The notes: generated by a model not told the origin, from the letters alone. Shown: positions 1-9,882, counted from the first letter of the stretch. The stretch: 64,000 nt of DNA from Candidatus Omnitrophota bacterium (GCA_043823745.1 JBDRAN010000059.1:9105-73104), one strand, 5' to 3'. Numbers and translations are program-made.

Positions 1-47
1 GTTTGGTATGCTTTCTTAAAAAGAAAAGTTTAGAAAGGAAGGGCGGG

Positions 48-1652
48 GTGAAGATAGCAGTCATTGGCTCAGGTGCGATCGGGGGGCTCCTCGCAGGGTA
101 TCTAAGCAAGATCGGTGAGGATGTGGTGCTCGTTTGTCGTTCTGAATCGGCAAGGATTATCAGTCGGGATGGGATTTCCATAAGCGGTGTGCGGGGAACG
201 CATACGATAAAGATCAAGGCAGTGAGCGTGTTGGGTGAGCATGTTGATCTGGTTATTCTGGCGACTAAGACGCAGGACTTAAAGGAAGCTTTGATCGCAA
301 ACAAAAAATATGTAAGCGCTGCGATGGTACTTACCACGCAAAACGGCGTTGCCGCTGATACCATTGTTTCCGAATATGCGGATGCAAAGAATATTATTTC
401 AAGCATTGTGATGTTTGGAGCGACCTCGCTTGAGGCAGGGCGCATCGTCCATAACTTCGAAGGCACGTGGGTTTTGGGAAAACCATTTGGCGCTAGCGGC
501 GATGACGTTAAAGAGGTCGCCGACGTTTTAGAAAAGATCATTCCCGTTGAGGTCTCAAGCGACATCACCGGGATGAAATGGTTGAAAGTCTTTGTAAATT
601 CCAGCAACTGCATCCCGGCGATTCTGGGTAAAAGTATGCAGGAATGTTTCACCAATCTTGATGCCTGCGCGGTGGCGATGGGCATCTGGCAGGAGGGCCT
701 GGGTGCGGTCGGGAAAGCGGGAATTAAACTTGTTTCGTTACCCGATTTTCCTTTAGAGCGATTGACCAAGCTTGCCGGCTTGCCGGTTAGCGAATCAGCG
801 AAAATATTTTCCGGCATTATGACCAATTTGAGTAAAGAACCGGTATACGGCTCGATCTTACAGAGCATTAAAAGAAAAAAATCTTCTGAAATAGATTATA
901 TTAACGGAGCGTTTGTGGCGTTGGGTAAACAACATTCGTTTCATACGCCGCTTAACAAACGGTTGGTGGAAATGGTGCATAAGGTTGAGCAAACCGGAAT
1001 GTTTTTTTCTTTTGATGAGTTTGTTGAGAAAGCAAAAAATCTTATTCCGCAGAAGCGCGTGCACAATGCTGATGCGGTGAATACGCCCTTTCCGAAACTG
1101 AAACTTACCGTGAGCAAGGTTGAGGGCGAGTGCTACCATGGGTATAAAATCGGCGATGAAATCATTTTGGAAGATTTTACGCACGCGCCCAAGCATTTCT
1201 GTTTGGGTCTTGCACACGCGCTTTTTCCGGTAATTTATGCGTTAAGTTTTGGCGCGAAGTTTCCGTTTAGGGATAACCAGCGAACGCTCCCGGTTACCTG
1301 TCCCGATGGTGGAAAACTAGAGTTTAAGGCGGAGATCCTCGCTCAAGACGGCACCATTGAATCAATCGAGAAAGACCCTAACCATAAAGGCCCCAACCCC
1401 AAAGATATGGTGTTGGAGGTTGTTCGAGCCAAAGGGCATTGCGCGTATAAGTATAAATTGGGTGATACCTTTGAAGTGAAGGGCCTTAAGTGTCCCGAAG
1501 GTTTTTGCGGCGCGGCGTATCACTGCGCGTTTCCGGCGCTCTTTGCTCTTAATTTCGGCGCAAAATTTTTCTTCATGGATGATCCGGAGGGTATTGATAC
1601 CGTAACCTGCCCGGACGGCGGGAACATTGTGTTTAAGGTGAGTAGACGCTAA
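48..1652 (+). CDS. Ketopantoate reductase (ApbA/PanE family) fused to two C-terminal TIGR04076-like Cys-rich domains
   Basis: GSGAIG Rossmann motif, LATK, QNG, KWLK, SILQS...SEIDYING match PanE. Two repeats of V..V.G.C...YK.GD...FC..A.H..FP...AL.FGAKF...VTCPDGG from about nt 1089. Likely GTG start at 48. Confidence 0.8.
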   Translation: MKIAVIGSGAIGGLLAGYLSKIGEDVVLVCRSESARIISRDGISISGVRGTHTIKIKAVSVLGEHVDLVILATKTQDLKEALIANKKYVSAAMVLTTQNGVAADTIVSEYADAKNIISSIVMFGATSLEAGRIVHNFEGTWVLGKPFGASGDDVKEVADVLEKIIPVEVSSDITGMKWLKVFVNSSNCIPAILGKSMQECFTNLDACAVAMGIWQEGLGAVGKAGIKLVSLPDFPLERLTKLAGLPVSESAKIFSGIMTNLSKEPVYGSILQSIKRKKSSEIDYINGAFVALGKQHSFHTPLNKRLVEMVHKVEQTGMFFSFDEFVEKAKNLIPQKRVHNADAVNTPFPKLKLTVSKVEGECYHGYKIGDEIILEDFTHAPKHFCLGLAHALFPVIYALSFGAKFPFRDNQRTLPVTCPDGGKLEFKAEILAQDGTIESIEKDPNHKGPNPKDMVLEVVRAKGHCAYKYKLGDTFEVKGLKCPEGFCGAAYHCAFPALFALNFGAKFFFMDDPEGIDTVTCPDGGNIVFKVSRR

Positions 1653-1776
1653 TTACCGCGAATCTGAAGAACGCTAATTTACGCTAATCGAAAGGGGCGA
1701 ATGGGTATGAGTATATTTATTCGCGGCCATTAGCGGTTTAAATTAGCGGGAATTCGCGTTTAAAAAAAGGAATAAA

Positions 1777-3024
1777 ATGAAGAGAGTCGTCATTACAGGC
1801 ATTGGTGTTATTTGCGCCGCCGGAGAGGATAAGGATACTTTTTATAATAATCTTATCGCCGGTAAGCCGTTTGTCGAGCGCGTCGAAAATTTCGACGTGA
1901 GTCTTTTTGTCTCAAAAATCGCTTCGCAAGATTTAGAATTTGACCCGCTTACATTCGGGATCAAAGATCATCTGCGCATGGATCGGTACGTGCAATTTGG
2001 TATCGCCGCGGCAAAGCAGGCGGTCGAAGACGCTCACATTGATTTTAAGAAGATAGATCGTAAACGTTGCGGAGTGATCCTTGCCAACGCAATCTGCGGT
2101 ACGCGTTTTATGGAAGAGGAGTTTTTGCTGGTTACCGAGTGGGGTAAGAAACCGATTGACCCTCGTCGTGGCCGGCCCTATTTGTATGACGCAGCGATGT
2201 TTAATACGCCCAGCGCCGAGGTCGGCGCCATCTACGGTACCCAGGGACTTAATTGTACGGTTTCAACCGGATGCACCGCGGCGACTGATTCACTGGGGTT
2301 TTCATTTGAGCTTATTCGCGAAGGAAAGCAGGATATTATTATCGCCGGAGGAACAGAGGCGCCGGTATGCCCGATTACGTTTGGTGCGTTTGACGTGGTG
2401 AATGTTTTGGCGAAAAATAATGACGAGCCGCATAAAGCGAGCCGCCCGTTTGATAATAAAAGAAACGGTTTTGTTATCTCGGAAGCTGCGGGGATCGTCG
2501 TGCTTGAAGAATTAGAGCATGCCAAAGCACGTGGAGCGCATATCTACGGCGAGCTCGTTGGTTATGGCACCAGCTGTAACGCGTTTCATATGACCGATTT
2601 GCCGGAGGATGGCGAGGCCATGGAGCGTTGCATTAAAGATGCGATCAGGGATGCCGGCATCAAAAACGAAGATATCGACTATATTAATACTCATGGTTCT
2701 TCAACCAGGCAGAATGATGTTTTTGAAACCAACGCCTATAAGGCAGTCTTTGGCGATTACGCCTATAAGCTGCCCATAAGCTCCATTAAATCGATGATTG
2801 GACACCCTTTGGCTGCAGCCAACGCGGTTGAAAGCGTTCTGTGCGCGATGATTTTCGAGAAAGGGGTCTTACCGCCGACTATTAATCAGGAAGAGCCTGA
2901 TCCAAAGTGCGATCTCGATTATATCCCTAACGTAAAACGGGAGCTCATGCCCAGATATATACTTAAAACAAGCAGTGGTTTTTCAGGGATCCATTCATCG
3001 ATAATATTTAAAAAATATAAGTAG
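1777..3024 (+). CDS. Type II PKS ketosynthase alpha (KS)
   Basis: TVSTGCTAATD active-site Cys motif typical of aromatic KS-alpha; HGSSTRQND; KSMIGH; followed by a CLF-like paralogue. Confidence 0.9.
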   Translation: MKRVVITGIGVICAAGEDKDTFYNNLIAGKPFVERVENFDVSLFVSKIASQDLEFDPLTFGIKDHLRMDRYVQFGIAAAKQAVEDAHIDFKKIDRKRCGVILANAICGTRFMEEEFLLVTEWGKKPIDPRRGRPYLYDAAMFNTPSAEVGAIYGTQGLNCTVSTGCTAATDSLGFSFELIREGKQDIIIAGGTEAPVCPITFGAFDVVNVLAKNNDEPHKASRPFDNKRNGFVISEAAGIVVLEELEHAKARGAHIYGELVGYGTSCNAFHMTDLPEDGEAMERCIKDAIRDAGIKNEDIDYINTHGSSTRQNDVFETNAYKAVFGDYAYKLPISSIKSMIGHPLAAANAVESVLCAMIFEKGVLPPTINQEEPDPKCDLDYIPNVKRELMPRYILKTSSGFSGIHSSIIFKKYK

Positions 3025-3125
3025 AAGCGGAACAACGCGGAACGAAACGCGGAAGTACGCAGAAATTCAGCGTAAATCCGCGTAGATATCCGCGGGAATC
3101 CGCTTCTATAAACAAAGAGGTCAAA

Positions 3126-4358
3126 ATGAAAGAACGAGTCGCAATCACCGGTATTGGGGTCGTTTCCCCGGCAGGCTTGAAGAAGGAGACATTTTGGGCG
3201 AATTTAAAGCGCGGCGATTCTTTTATCGATGAAGTAACACGTTTTGACGCGACTCTCTATCCTTCGCGCATCGCAGGTCAGGTCCATGAACTTGACCATT
3301 ACTCGCATCTCCCCAGCCGCCTGGTAAAAAAGATCGATGTTTTTTCTCATATGGCATTGGTTGCCAGCGAACAGGCCCTGCAGGATGCAAAGATCGATTT
3401 GAGTAATGTCGATAAGAAACGCGTCGGGGTGTTTATGGGTAACGCTATCGGCGGCTGGCTCTTTGCCGAAACTGAATTACGCGATATGTACATCGAAGGC
3501 CGGGAGGGTGTTTCTCCGTATATGGCAAGCGCCTGGTTTCCCGCAGCTCCCCAGGGCCAGGTTACTATTTACTATGGTTTCAAGGGTTACAGCAAGACCA
3601 TTGTGGCGGATAAAGCTTCTTCGGCCCTGGCGCTTTGGTATGCGGCAAAAAATATTATTGACGGAAAGAATGATTATATTCTTGCCGGAGGCATGGAGGC
3701 GCCGATTACTCCCTACGCGCTCCTGAGTGCAAATTCCTGTGGTCAGCTTTCAAAGAATAATCTTAATCCCAAGTCTGCCTATAAGCCGTATGATCTATAT
3801 CGCGACGGTTTCGTGCTGGCAGAGGGCGCCGGGATCGTTAATCTTGAAAAAGAAGCCCACGCAAAAAAACGCGGCGTCTATGTGCACGCATTTTTAAAAG
3901 GCGTTGGATTCTCTTCGGACGGGTATCACTACGCGCGCTATAGTCCATCAAGCGAAAGCCTTGAGTATGCTATTAAGACGTGTCTTGATGATGCCGGCTG
4001 GTCAATAAAAGATGTTGATTATATCTGTCTTGATGCTGAGGCGACCGTGATGGGAGACTATCTTGAAACGCAGGCGCTTAAGCATGTATTTGGTAAGGAG
4101 TTAGCCCATATTGCATTGAGCGCCCCCAAAAGCATGTACGGTAATTTGCTGGGTGCCCAAACAGCGCTTGATCTTATCACGACTGTTTATTCAATGAATA
4201 ATAACCTGGTGTTTCCGACAATTAATTACCAGATGCACGACCCCTATTGTGATCTTGATTACACGCCGAACAGTCCACGAACGAAAGAAATTAAAAAAGC
4301 GCTTTTGCTCGCGCGCGGCAGGGGCGGTATTAATGTTGCGTTAGCGGTCGAAAAGTAG
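3126..4358 (+). CDS. Type II PKS chain length factor (KS-beta)
   Basis: KS fold lacking the catalytic Cys/His residues (IVADKASS, CLDAEAT); CLF-like SPY.ASAWF.A...GQ, APKSM.G.L and LARGRGG motifs. Confidence 0.88.
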   Translation: MKERVAITGIGVVSPAGLKKETFWANLKRGDSFIDEVTRFDATLYPSRIAGQVHELDHYSHLPSRLVKKIDVFSHMALVASEQALQDAKIDLSNVDKKRVGVFMGNAIGGWLFAETELRDMYIEGREGVSPYMASAWFPAAPQGQVTIYYGFKGYSKTIVADKASSALALWYAAKNIIDGKNDYILAGGMEAPITPYALLSANSCGQLSKNNLNPKSAYKPYDLYRDGFVLAEGAGIVNLEKEAHAKKRGVYVHAFLKGVGFSSDGYHYARYSPSSESLEYAIKTCLDDAGWSIKDVDYICLDAEATVMGDYLETQALKHVFGKELAHIALSAPKSMYGNLLGAQTALDLITTVYSMNNNLVFPTINYQMHDPYCDLDYTPNSPRTKEIKKALLLARGRGGINVALAVEK

Positions 4359-4367
4359 GGTTATACA

Positions 4368-5150
4368 ATGAAAAAGCTATTTTTTGTTTTACTTTTTTTG
4401 TGCAGTGTCGCATTTGCGGCGCCAATCGATGATGTCGAGAAAGCATTTCAGAAAGGGCTACAATTAGGTAACCAGGGCAACATTGAAGAAGCGCTACAGG
4501 AATTTCAAAAGGTAGTTGCTGCAGATCAAAATAATTTACCAAAAGATTATTATTTTCAAACCGTCAGAGAAGCATATTTTAATATCGGCCTGCTACAATC
4601 AAAAAAGGGTGATTTGCGGGAAGGAAATCAGAGTTACCAGAAGGCATTACGCATAGACCCTAAGCATGCAAAGTCATTGTATTACCTTGCTATTAATTCT
4701 ATTGTAGCCGGAGAGATTGCCCAGGCGGCTACCTATTATAACCAAGCTAAAGCGTTAGGATTTACTAAAGATCCTCAGCAGCCAAGCACTCTTGTCGCTG
4801 ATCCACTCGCCGTCCTCACGCAACGAAGTATAACTATTGATTATCAATCCTATTTCGATCACAACAAACGCGTTATGATAAATGTCGAAGGAAATCCGAT
4901 CGGAGAGAACCAATTGATTCATGATGCCATTGGCGGCATCGAGAGAGTTCTAAAGATTTCTGGATTCGGCTTGTTCTCGCGAGCAACGGTAGAGTATATT
5001 CGAGAGCGAAATAAAACAATCGACATTGAACGGTGGAACGTTCAAGGTGAAGGGTGGGAGAAAACTCTTTGGGTCAAATATGATTTTGCTCCGCCGGCAG
5101 GTTTTCCTTATAAGGTTATGATCGAAGTTTCGGAGATGGAGATTAACTAA
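4368..5150 (+). CDS. Exported TPR-repeat protein
   Basis: Signal peptide (MKKLFFVLLFLCSVAFA); TPR-like helices (EAYFNIG...YQKALRIDPKHAKSLYYLA). Confidence 0.75.
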   Translation: MKKLFFVLLFLCSVAFAAPIDDVEKAFQKGLQLGNQGNIEEALQEFQKVVAADQNNLPKDYYFQTVREAYFNIGLLQSKKGDLREGNQSYQKALRIDPKHAKSLYYLAINSIVAGEIAQAATYYNQAKALGFTKDPQQPSTLVADPLAVLTQRSITIDYQSYFDHNKRVMINVEGNPIGENQLIHDAIGGIERVLKISGFGLFSRATVEYIRERNKTIDIERWNVQGEGWEKTLWVKYDFAPPAGFPYKVMIEVSEMEIN

Positions 5151-5237
5151 AAAGTCTACCATCTTAATCGGGAAGATTATTTCTTTGTATTCTCGATAAT
5201 CATAACTATCTACGACTATTAGAGAGGAGGTAAAGAA

Positions 5238-5471
5238 ATGGCTTTAAACGAGGACGTTGTTAATGCGATAGCAGAGATTCTTGACGTGGACGCGGCAGGA
5301 TTGGCGCAGGATAAGAAGTTATATGATTCTATTGGTGTTGATTCCACGGAAATCGTGGAGCTGACCGTGGCGCTGGGAAAGCGTTTCGGCGTCAAAATCG
5401 CCACCAACGAGATAACAAAATTCTCAACACCCATAGAGATCGCGCAGGTGATTGAGAGTAAAAAACAATGA
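5238..5471 (+). CDS. Acyl carrier protein
   Basis: 77 aa acidic protein with GVDSTEIVEL phosphopantetheine Ser motif; GGAGG RBS. Confidence 0.92.
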   Translation: MALNEDVVNAIAEILDVDAAGLAQDKKLYDSIGVDSTEIVELTVALGKRFGVKIATNEITKFSTPIEIAQVIESKKQ

Positions 5472-5539
5472 TTACAGCGTTTAGGGGATGATTCTAAAAT
5501 CTCCGGAATCTTTTTATAATCACTGGAATCATAATAATC

Positions 5540-6349
5540 ATGAAAATAATTGACCTCAGTTTGCCCATTGACGATAAAGCTTTCGAGGTACACCACGTTG
5601 CCATTGAGCGGGTGTCTCATAAAGCGGGGGTTGAGAAGTTTAACCGCGTGCTGATGGGGAAAACCTTACGGGGTAGGCTCCAATATCTTCTGGGCAAGCG
5701 CATTGTAAAAAAAGAAGACCTGCCGGATGAAGAATTTCTTTCTCTTGAAGTAGTGCATTCCCCGGTCCATATCGGCACTCATCTTGATTATTCATTTCAT
5801 TACGGTTCACAGTCAGAAAATCGTCCATCGAAAACCGCCGAGGAAATACCGCTTGAGTGGTGCTACCAGCGGGGCGTCAGGCTTGACTTGACCCATAAAA
5901 AGCCCAATGAGGTAATTACCGCGATTGACCTTGAGGCCGCACTTGGAAAAATTAATTATTCCCTGAAAGCGCTTGATATTGTTCTTTTATATACCGGGGC
6001 GGATAAATTATACGGCGGACCGAAATATTTTAGTGATTACCCGGGTGTGGATATCTCAGCTATTGATTATCTCCTTGATCACGAAGTTAAGATTTTCGGC
6101 GTGGATACGATGGGCATTGACCGGCCCTATCGTTTTATGCTTGGTGAGTTCCTTAAATCAAAGGATTCTAAGAAATTATACCCGGCGCATTTTTATGGCC
6201 GCATTCGCGAGTTCATCCATATAGAACGTTTAGCGAATTTGGAAAAATTACCTGATTCAGGTTTTATGGTCAACTGTTTTCCGGTGAAGATCAAGAATAC
6301 GGGTGCAGCCTGGGCAAGGGTGGTTGCGTTTATTGATAACGATAGGTAA
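5540..6349 (+). CDS. Cyclase family protein (kynurenine formamidase fold; DpsY/ZhuJ/OxyN-type polyketide cyclase)
   Basis: IIDLS, HIGTHLDxxxH, IPLEWC, GVDT.G.D and HIERLANL motifs; next to KS/CLF/ACP. Confidence 0.85.
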   Translation: MKIIDLSLPIDDKAFEVHHVAIERVSHKAGVEKFNRVLMGKTLRGRLQYLLGKRIVKKEDLPDEEFLSLEVVHSPVHIGTHLDYSFHYGSQSENRPSKTAEEIPLEWCYQRGVRLDLTHKKPNEVITAIDLEAALGKINYSLKALDIVLLYTGADKLYGGPKYFSDYPGVDISAIDYLLDHEVKIFGVDTMGIDRPYRFMLGEFLKSKDSKKLYPAHFYGRIREFIHIERLANLEKLPDSGFMVNCFPVKIKNTGAAWARVVAFIDNDR

Positions 6350-6429
6350 TCCCGTTTCGCGGCTTACGCCAAAATTATCATGCTTGCAAAGTAAGCGCGA
6401 TAATTTTGACGCGCTCAACGGGATAATTC

Positions 6430-6520
6430 TCCCCATTTTGCACCCGATAAGGTCTCTCGCAATTTCCTCACCGCAGGGCGGCGAGAAATTGCGAAAATAT
6501 CAATAGAGGCAAAATGGGGA
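6430..6520. repeat. ~90 bp palindromic REP/MITE-like element, family A copy 1
   Basis: TTTTGCACCCGATA..TCTCTCGCAATTTCCT-loop-GAAATTGCGAAAATATCAA..GAGGCAAAA; also at 8824 and, reversed, at 11442. Confidence 0.85.
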
Positions 6521-6580
6521 TCATTGAGGTGCAGTGGTGGGCGCGCGCGGCGGCACTATGGGGCAAATAATGTGTTACGT

Positions 6581-6644
6581 ATCCCGACTCGCCTAAATAT
6601 TGGTGAAATTTTCAAAGAAAATTTCACTCAAAGCTCGTCGGGAT
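6581..6644. repeat. Palindromic element, family B copy 1
   Basis: ATCCCGAC...GAAATTTT..AAAATTTC...GTCGGGAT; similar element at 9883-9940. Confidence 0.6.
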
Positions 6645-6713
6645 AATTTGCACTATTATTTTTTCTACGCGCATATGCGCTTGAAAAAATAATGTGCGCA
6701 TTAGGAGGTGCAC

Positions 6714-7154
6714 ATGGGTCATACGGTTAATTCGATTGTTATTAACGCTCCTTATGAAAAGATATTCGATATCTCAAACGATATCACCCGTTGGACGGAA
6801 CTTTTTGGAGGAGAATATAAAAAAGCAGAAGTTGTAAAGAAGGAAGATAACAAGATCACGTTTAGGCTTACTGATGATGAAGGCAGGAGCTGGCAGTCTT
6901 GGCGGCTTTTATTAAAAGAAAAATATCTTGCCTACGCCGAAAGAGAGGAACCGAAGTTCCCCTTCAAGTTTATGAAAATTATCTGGCTTTATACCGAGCG
7001 TCCCACCGGCATTGAGATGACCTGGATCCAGCATTTTGAAATGGATGAGAAAGCAAAGTTTAACGACGAACAAGTTGAAGGTTTTATTAATAAGCATTCC
7101 AAGGATAACCTGAAAATATTTAAGGAAGTTATCGAGAGAGAATCACAGAAATAA
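6714..7154 (+). CDS. Polyketide aromatase/cyclase (SRPBCC, TcmN/WhiE-like monodomain)
   Basis: HTVNSIVINAP...NDITRWTELF..Y and W.Q.FEM motifs; AGGAGG RBS before ATG 6714. Confidence 0.88.
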   Translation: MGHTVNSIVINAPYEKIFDISNDITRWTELFGGEYKKAEVVKKEDNKITFRLTDDEGRSWQSWRLLLKEKYLAYAEREEPKFPFKFMKIIWLYTERPTGIEMTWIQHFEMDEKAKFNDEQVEGFINKHSKDNLKIFKEVIERESQK

Positions 7155-7226
7155 TGCAGTATCACGTCGCACGTAACAGGTAACACGTTCTCAAAACCTG
7201 ATACGTGTTGCTTATTACTTGATACA

Positions 7227-8351
7227 ATGAAAAAACTTACTTTTATTATCCTTTGTCTTGAAGGCGCGATTCTTTCGTTTAACGTGGCGGCAGCCGCGGC
7301 TTTGATCCCTTCCATCGCGCGCGATTTCGGAGTGCCCGCGGTTACGCTAGGCTCGATTGTCTGGCTTTATATGATACCGTATGGTCTCGCGGCTCTTGCC
7401 TATGGGCCCCTGGTGCGCGTATTCGATGCCAAGCGCGTGGAGCTGGTGTGTTTCTTTTTCTTCTCGGTGGCGAATCTTATGGCGGCATTTTCGCGCACCC
7501 TGGTAAGTCTTTCGGTCGCGCGGTTCTTGATGGGCGCTTTTGGAGCCTCAGTTATACCGCTTGTTCTTATTCTGATCGCGCGTCATACCGAGAGCGCCTG
7601 GCGCGGGAAGCTCGTGGGTACTTTTTTTAGCGCGACATTTGTGGCATCGCTGGTTGGCCTTCTTTTAAGCGGCGTTCTGCATTGGCGCCTGATTTTTCTT
7701 ATTCCGGCGATTGCCGGATTTTTGCTTCTGGTGTGCATGGCGGTTTTTCTGCCGCGCTTTGCGCCTGAGGCTTCGCATCAAAAGAGTAATTATAAGGCGA
7801 CTCTTGCCGATACGCGGGTACTGAAGTTTTTTACCTATATATTCTTGATTAGTTTCTTATATCATGGTGTTCAGCAATGGCTCGGCGTTTATTTTAGCGT
7901 CCGTTATGGTCTTTCTCAAATGCTGGTCAGCGCCCTGGTGACCTTGACCAGCTTAAGCGGTATCTTTGGAGAGGTCATCGGCGGGTGGTTCTCTGATAGT
8001 GTAGGTAGAATTCTTACCGCAAATGTAGGTATTGTTCTCATGGTGGCCAGTTGCGCGCTGCTTGTTTTTAAAATGCCTTTTGTTGCGCTTAGTGTGCTTA
8101 TGATTGTCTGGGGACTCGGTTGGACACTCAATCATGCCGGCATATCAACGATACTTACGGATTTGCCGCGTGAGTTTTTAAACGAAGCAGCGAGTTTAAA
8201 TAGCGGTGTACGTTTTCTTTCAGGGGGCCTGGGGATGTTTCTGGGGGGCATCGTGATGCAGAAAAGCTTTATCTTAGGGTTTTCTGTCGCGGCTGTTTTG
8301 CTGGCGGCTTTATTGCTATTTTCTAAACGACTAACTAAAGCCATCGCATGA
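7227..8351 (+). CDS. MFS transporter (probable exporter)
   Basis: About 12 hydrophobic helices; GGWFSDSVGR motif A. Confidence 0.85.
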   Translation: MKKLTFIILCLEGAILSFNVAAAAALIPSIARDFGVPAVTLGSIVWLYMIPYGLAALAYGPLVRVFDAKRVELVCFFFFSVANLMAAFSRTLVSLSVARFLMGAFGASVIPLVLILIARHTESAWRGKLVGTFFSATFVASLVGLLLSGVLHWRLIFLIPAIAGFLLLVCMAVFLPRFAPEASHQKSNYKATLADTRVLKFFTYIFLISFLYHGVQQWLGVYFSVRYGLSQMLVSALVTLTSLSGIFGEVIGGWFSDSVGRILTANVGIVLMVASCALLVFKMPFVALSVLMIVWGLGWTLNHAGISTILTDLPREFLNEAASLNSGVRFLSGGLGMFLGGIVMQKSFILGFSVAAVLLAALLLFSKRLTKAIA

Positions 8352-8755
8352 GCTTGTACGAACTTTTTTTCGCAGGGAGTCTATGCGTATTTTTATTATT
8401 ATCGCACGTACCAGCTGCGCGCGCTCAGAATCCTGCGGAGCCGGCTCTTAAATTTTTTGTCGTTAATTGTGATGAGAAGCTTACGTGGATTGATTCTTCA
8501 GGACCGTCGGAAGGCATTATCCGTAAATATTGGCTCGATGACGGAGTATTTGTTGTTGAGTATTTTGTGAAAGCAGATTGCAGCGGCGTTACTTTTTCCG
8601 GAGACTATGAGCTGCGCGATAGCCTTTTGGTGTTAAAGCGTACGGTTGCACAAGATCAAGGCTCGGCGCGATGTGTTTGTGCGCATAGACTTGTGTATGA
8701 GTTTTCAGGGTTGCCTAAACGCGATTACGGTATTGCTATAGAGGCGAAGAGATAA
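8348..8755 (+). CDS. Hypothetical exported protein with 4 Cys in the mature part
   Basis: Signal peptide ending ARA-Q; C.C motif; overlaps the MFS stop (ATGA). Confidence 0.6.
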   Translation: MSLYELFFAGSLCVFLLLSHVPAARAQNPAEPALKFFVVNCDEKLTWIDSSGPSEGIIRKYWLDDGVFVVEYFVKADCSGVTFSGDYELRDSLLVLKRTVAQDQGSARCVCAHRLVYEFSGLPKRDYGIAIEAKR

Positions 8756-8823
8756 GGGCAAACGAGATAGCAACTTTTCAAGCGACCAAAGGGAGTGCCG
8801 GAAAGGTGCGTAATCGAATGAGT

Positions 8824-8912
8824 CCCGTTTTTGCACCCGATAGGTTCTCTCGCAATTTCCTGCCGGAGAGAGGCAAGGAAATTGCGAAAATATCAATGGA
8901 GGCAAAAACGGG
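8824..8912. repeat. Family A palindromic element copy 2
   Basis: Same arms as 6430-6520 with a different loop. Confidence 0.85.
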
Positions 8913-8979
8913 GTCAATTCGCGCAGGTGACTTATGAGCGCTTACGTGCGAACGCTTCATACGTCACGCGCTCATTGAA

Positions 8980-9063
8980 TACCTGGCCATATCGGATGGG
9001 CCAGTATGCATCTCTATGCAACACCCGGCCGAATTGGAACGGCCAGTATGCATCTCTATGCAA
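8980..9063 (+). repeat. Tandem duplication with a 42 bp period; identical 23 bp core GGCCAGTATGCATCTCTATGCAA
   Basis: Cores at 8999-9021 and 9041-9063, directly before the SDR RBS. Confidence 0.85.
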
Positions 9064-9072
9064 GGAGGATAT

Positions 9073-9846
9073 ATGGTAAATCTTAAAGGAAAAACAGCAA
9101 TTGTAACCGGCGCAAGCCGTGGTATTGGCAAGGCCTTGGCCTGCACTGCCGCAAGCCTTGGTATTAATCTTGGTATCGCCGCGCGCGGTGAGGGGCCTTT
9201 AAAGGAAACCGCCAAAGAGATCGAGAAAAAATATAAGGTACAAGTTGTGGCGGTGCCTTGCGATGTGACTAAACTTTCAGATTTAGAAAATCTGGTTGAA
9301 GAAACCAAGAAGCACTTTGGTTTTATTGATATCCTTATTAATAATGCCGGTGTTTCAAGCCAATATCCGTTCGAGAAGCAACCGATAGAGGATTTAGAGA
9401 GGCTTGCCTACACCAATTATCTTGGGTACGTGCGCCTGATTCGTCTGGTGATCAATGATATGATCGCGCGTAAATCCGGCGCTATCATCAATATGGTTTC
9501 CGGCTCGACTCTGGTTGATCCGGTTCCGCGTAATTTTATCGTGTATAGTTCCTTGAAGGTTGGGTTACGCGCGTTCTGCAAGGGGTTATTCTGGGAGATG
9601 CGCGATCACGGTATTAAGGTTACTTCAATTTTACCCGGCGTTACCGATACCGATTTAACTGGTAAGCTTGCGGAGGTAACGAATGATGCAGGTCGGCTCA
9701 TGACTACCGAGGCAATCGAGAATGCAGTGAAGTTCGCTTTGACGGTCCCGGCAAATGTCTGTCCTTTGGAAATTGCAGTTATCAACCAGCAGACCCCCTG
9801 GACTAAACCGGTGATACCGTTTAAGCAGACGCATCCGGATAAATAG
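9073..9846 (+). CDS. SDR oxidoreductase (putative polyketide ketoreductase or tailoring reductase)
   Basis: TGASRGIG, NNAG, YSSLK (YxxxK) motifs; GGAGG RBS before ATG 9073. Confidence 0.88.
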   Translation: MVNLKGKTAIVTGASRGIGKALACTAASLGINLGIAARGEGPLKETAKEIEKKYKVQVVAVPCDVTKLSDLENLVEETKKHFGFIDILINNAGVSSQYPFEKQPIEDLERLAYTNYLGYVRLIRLVINDMIARKSGAIINMVSGSTLVDPVPRNFIVYSSLKVGLRAFCKGLFWEMRDHGIKVTSILPGVTDTDLTGKLAEVTNDAGRLMTTEAIENAVKFALTVPANVCPLEIAVINQQTPWTKPVIPFKQTHPDK

Positions 9847-9882
9847 AGAGATTGTTAATTGGTGATTACATAATAATATATT

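Noticed and set aside
1777-5471. Ordinary fatty acid synthesis (fabF/acpP)
   Set aside because: The second KS lacks catalytic residues and has CLF motifs; aromatase and cyclase genes are adjacent
8999-9063. Possible mini-CRISPR array (23 bp direct repeat)
   Set aside because: Only two repeats; the 19 bp spacer resembles the sequence before the first repeat; no cas genes
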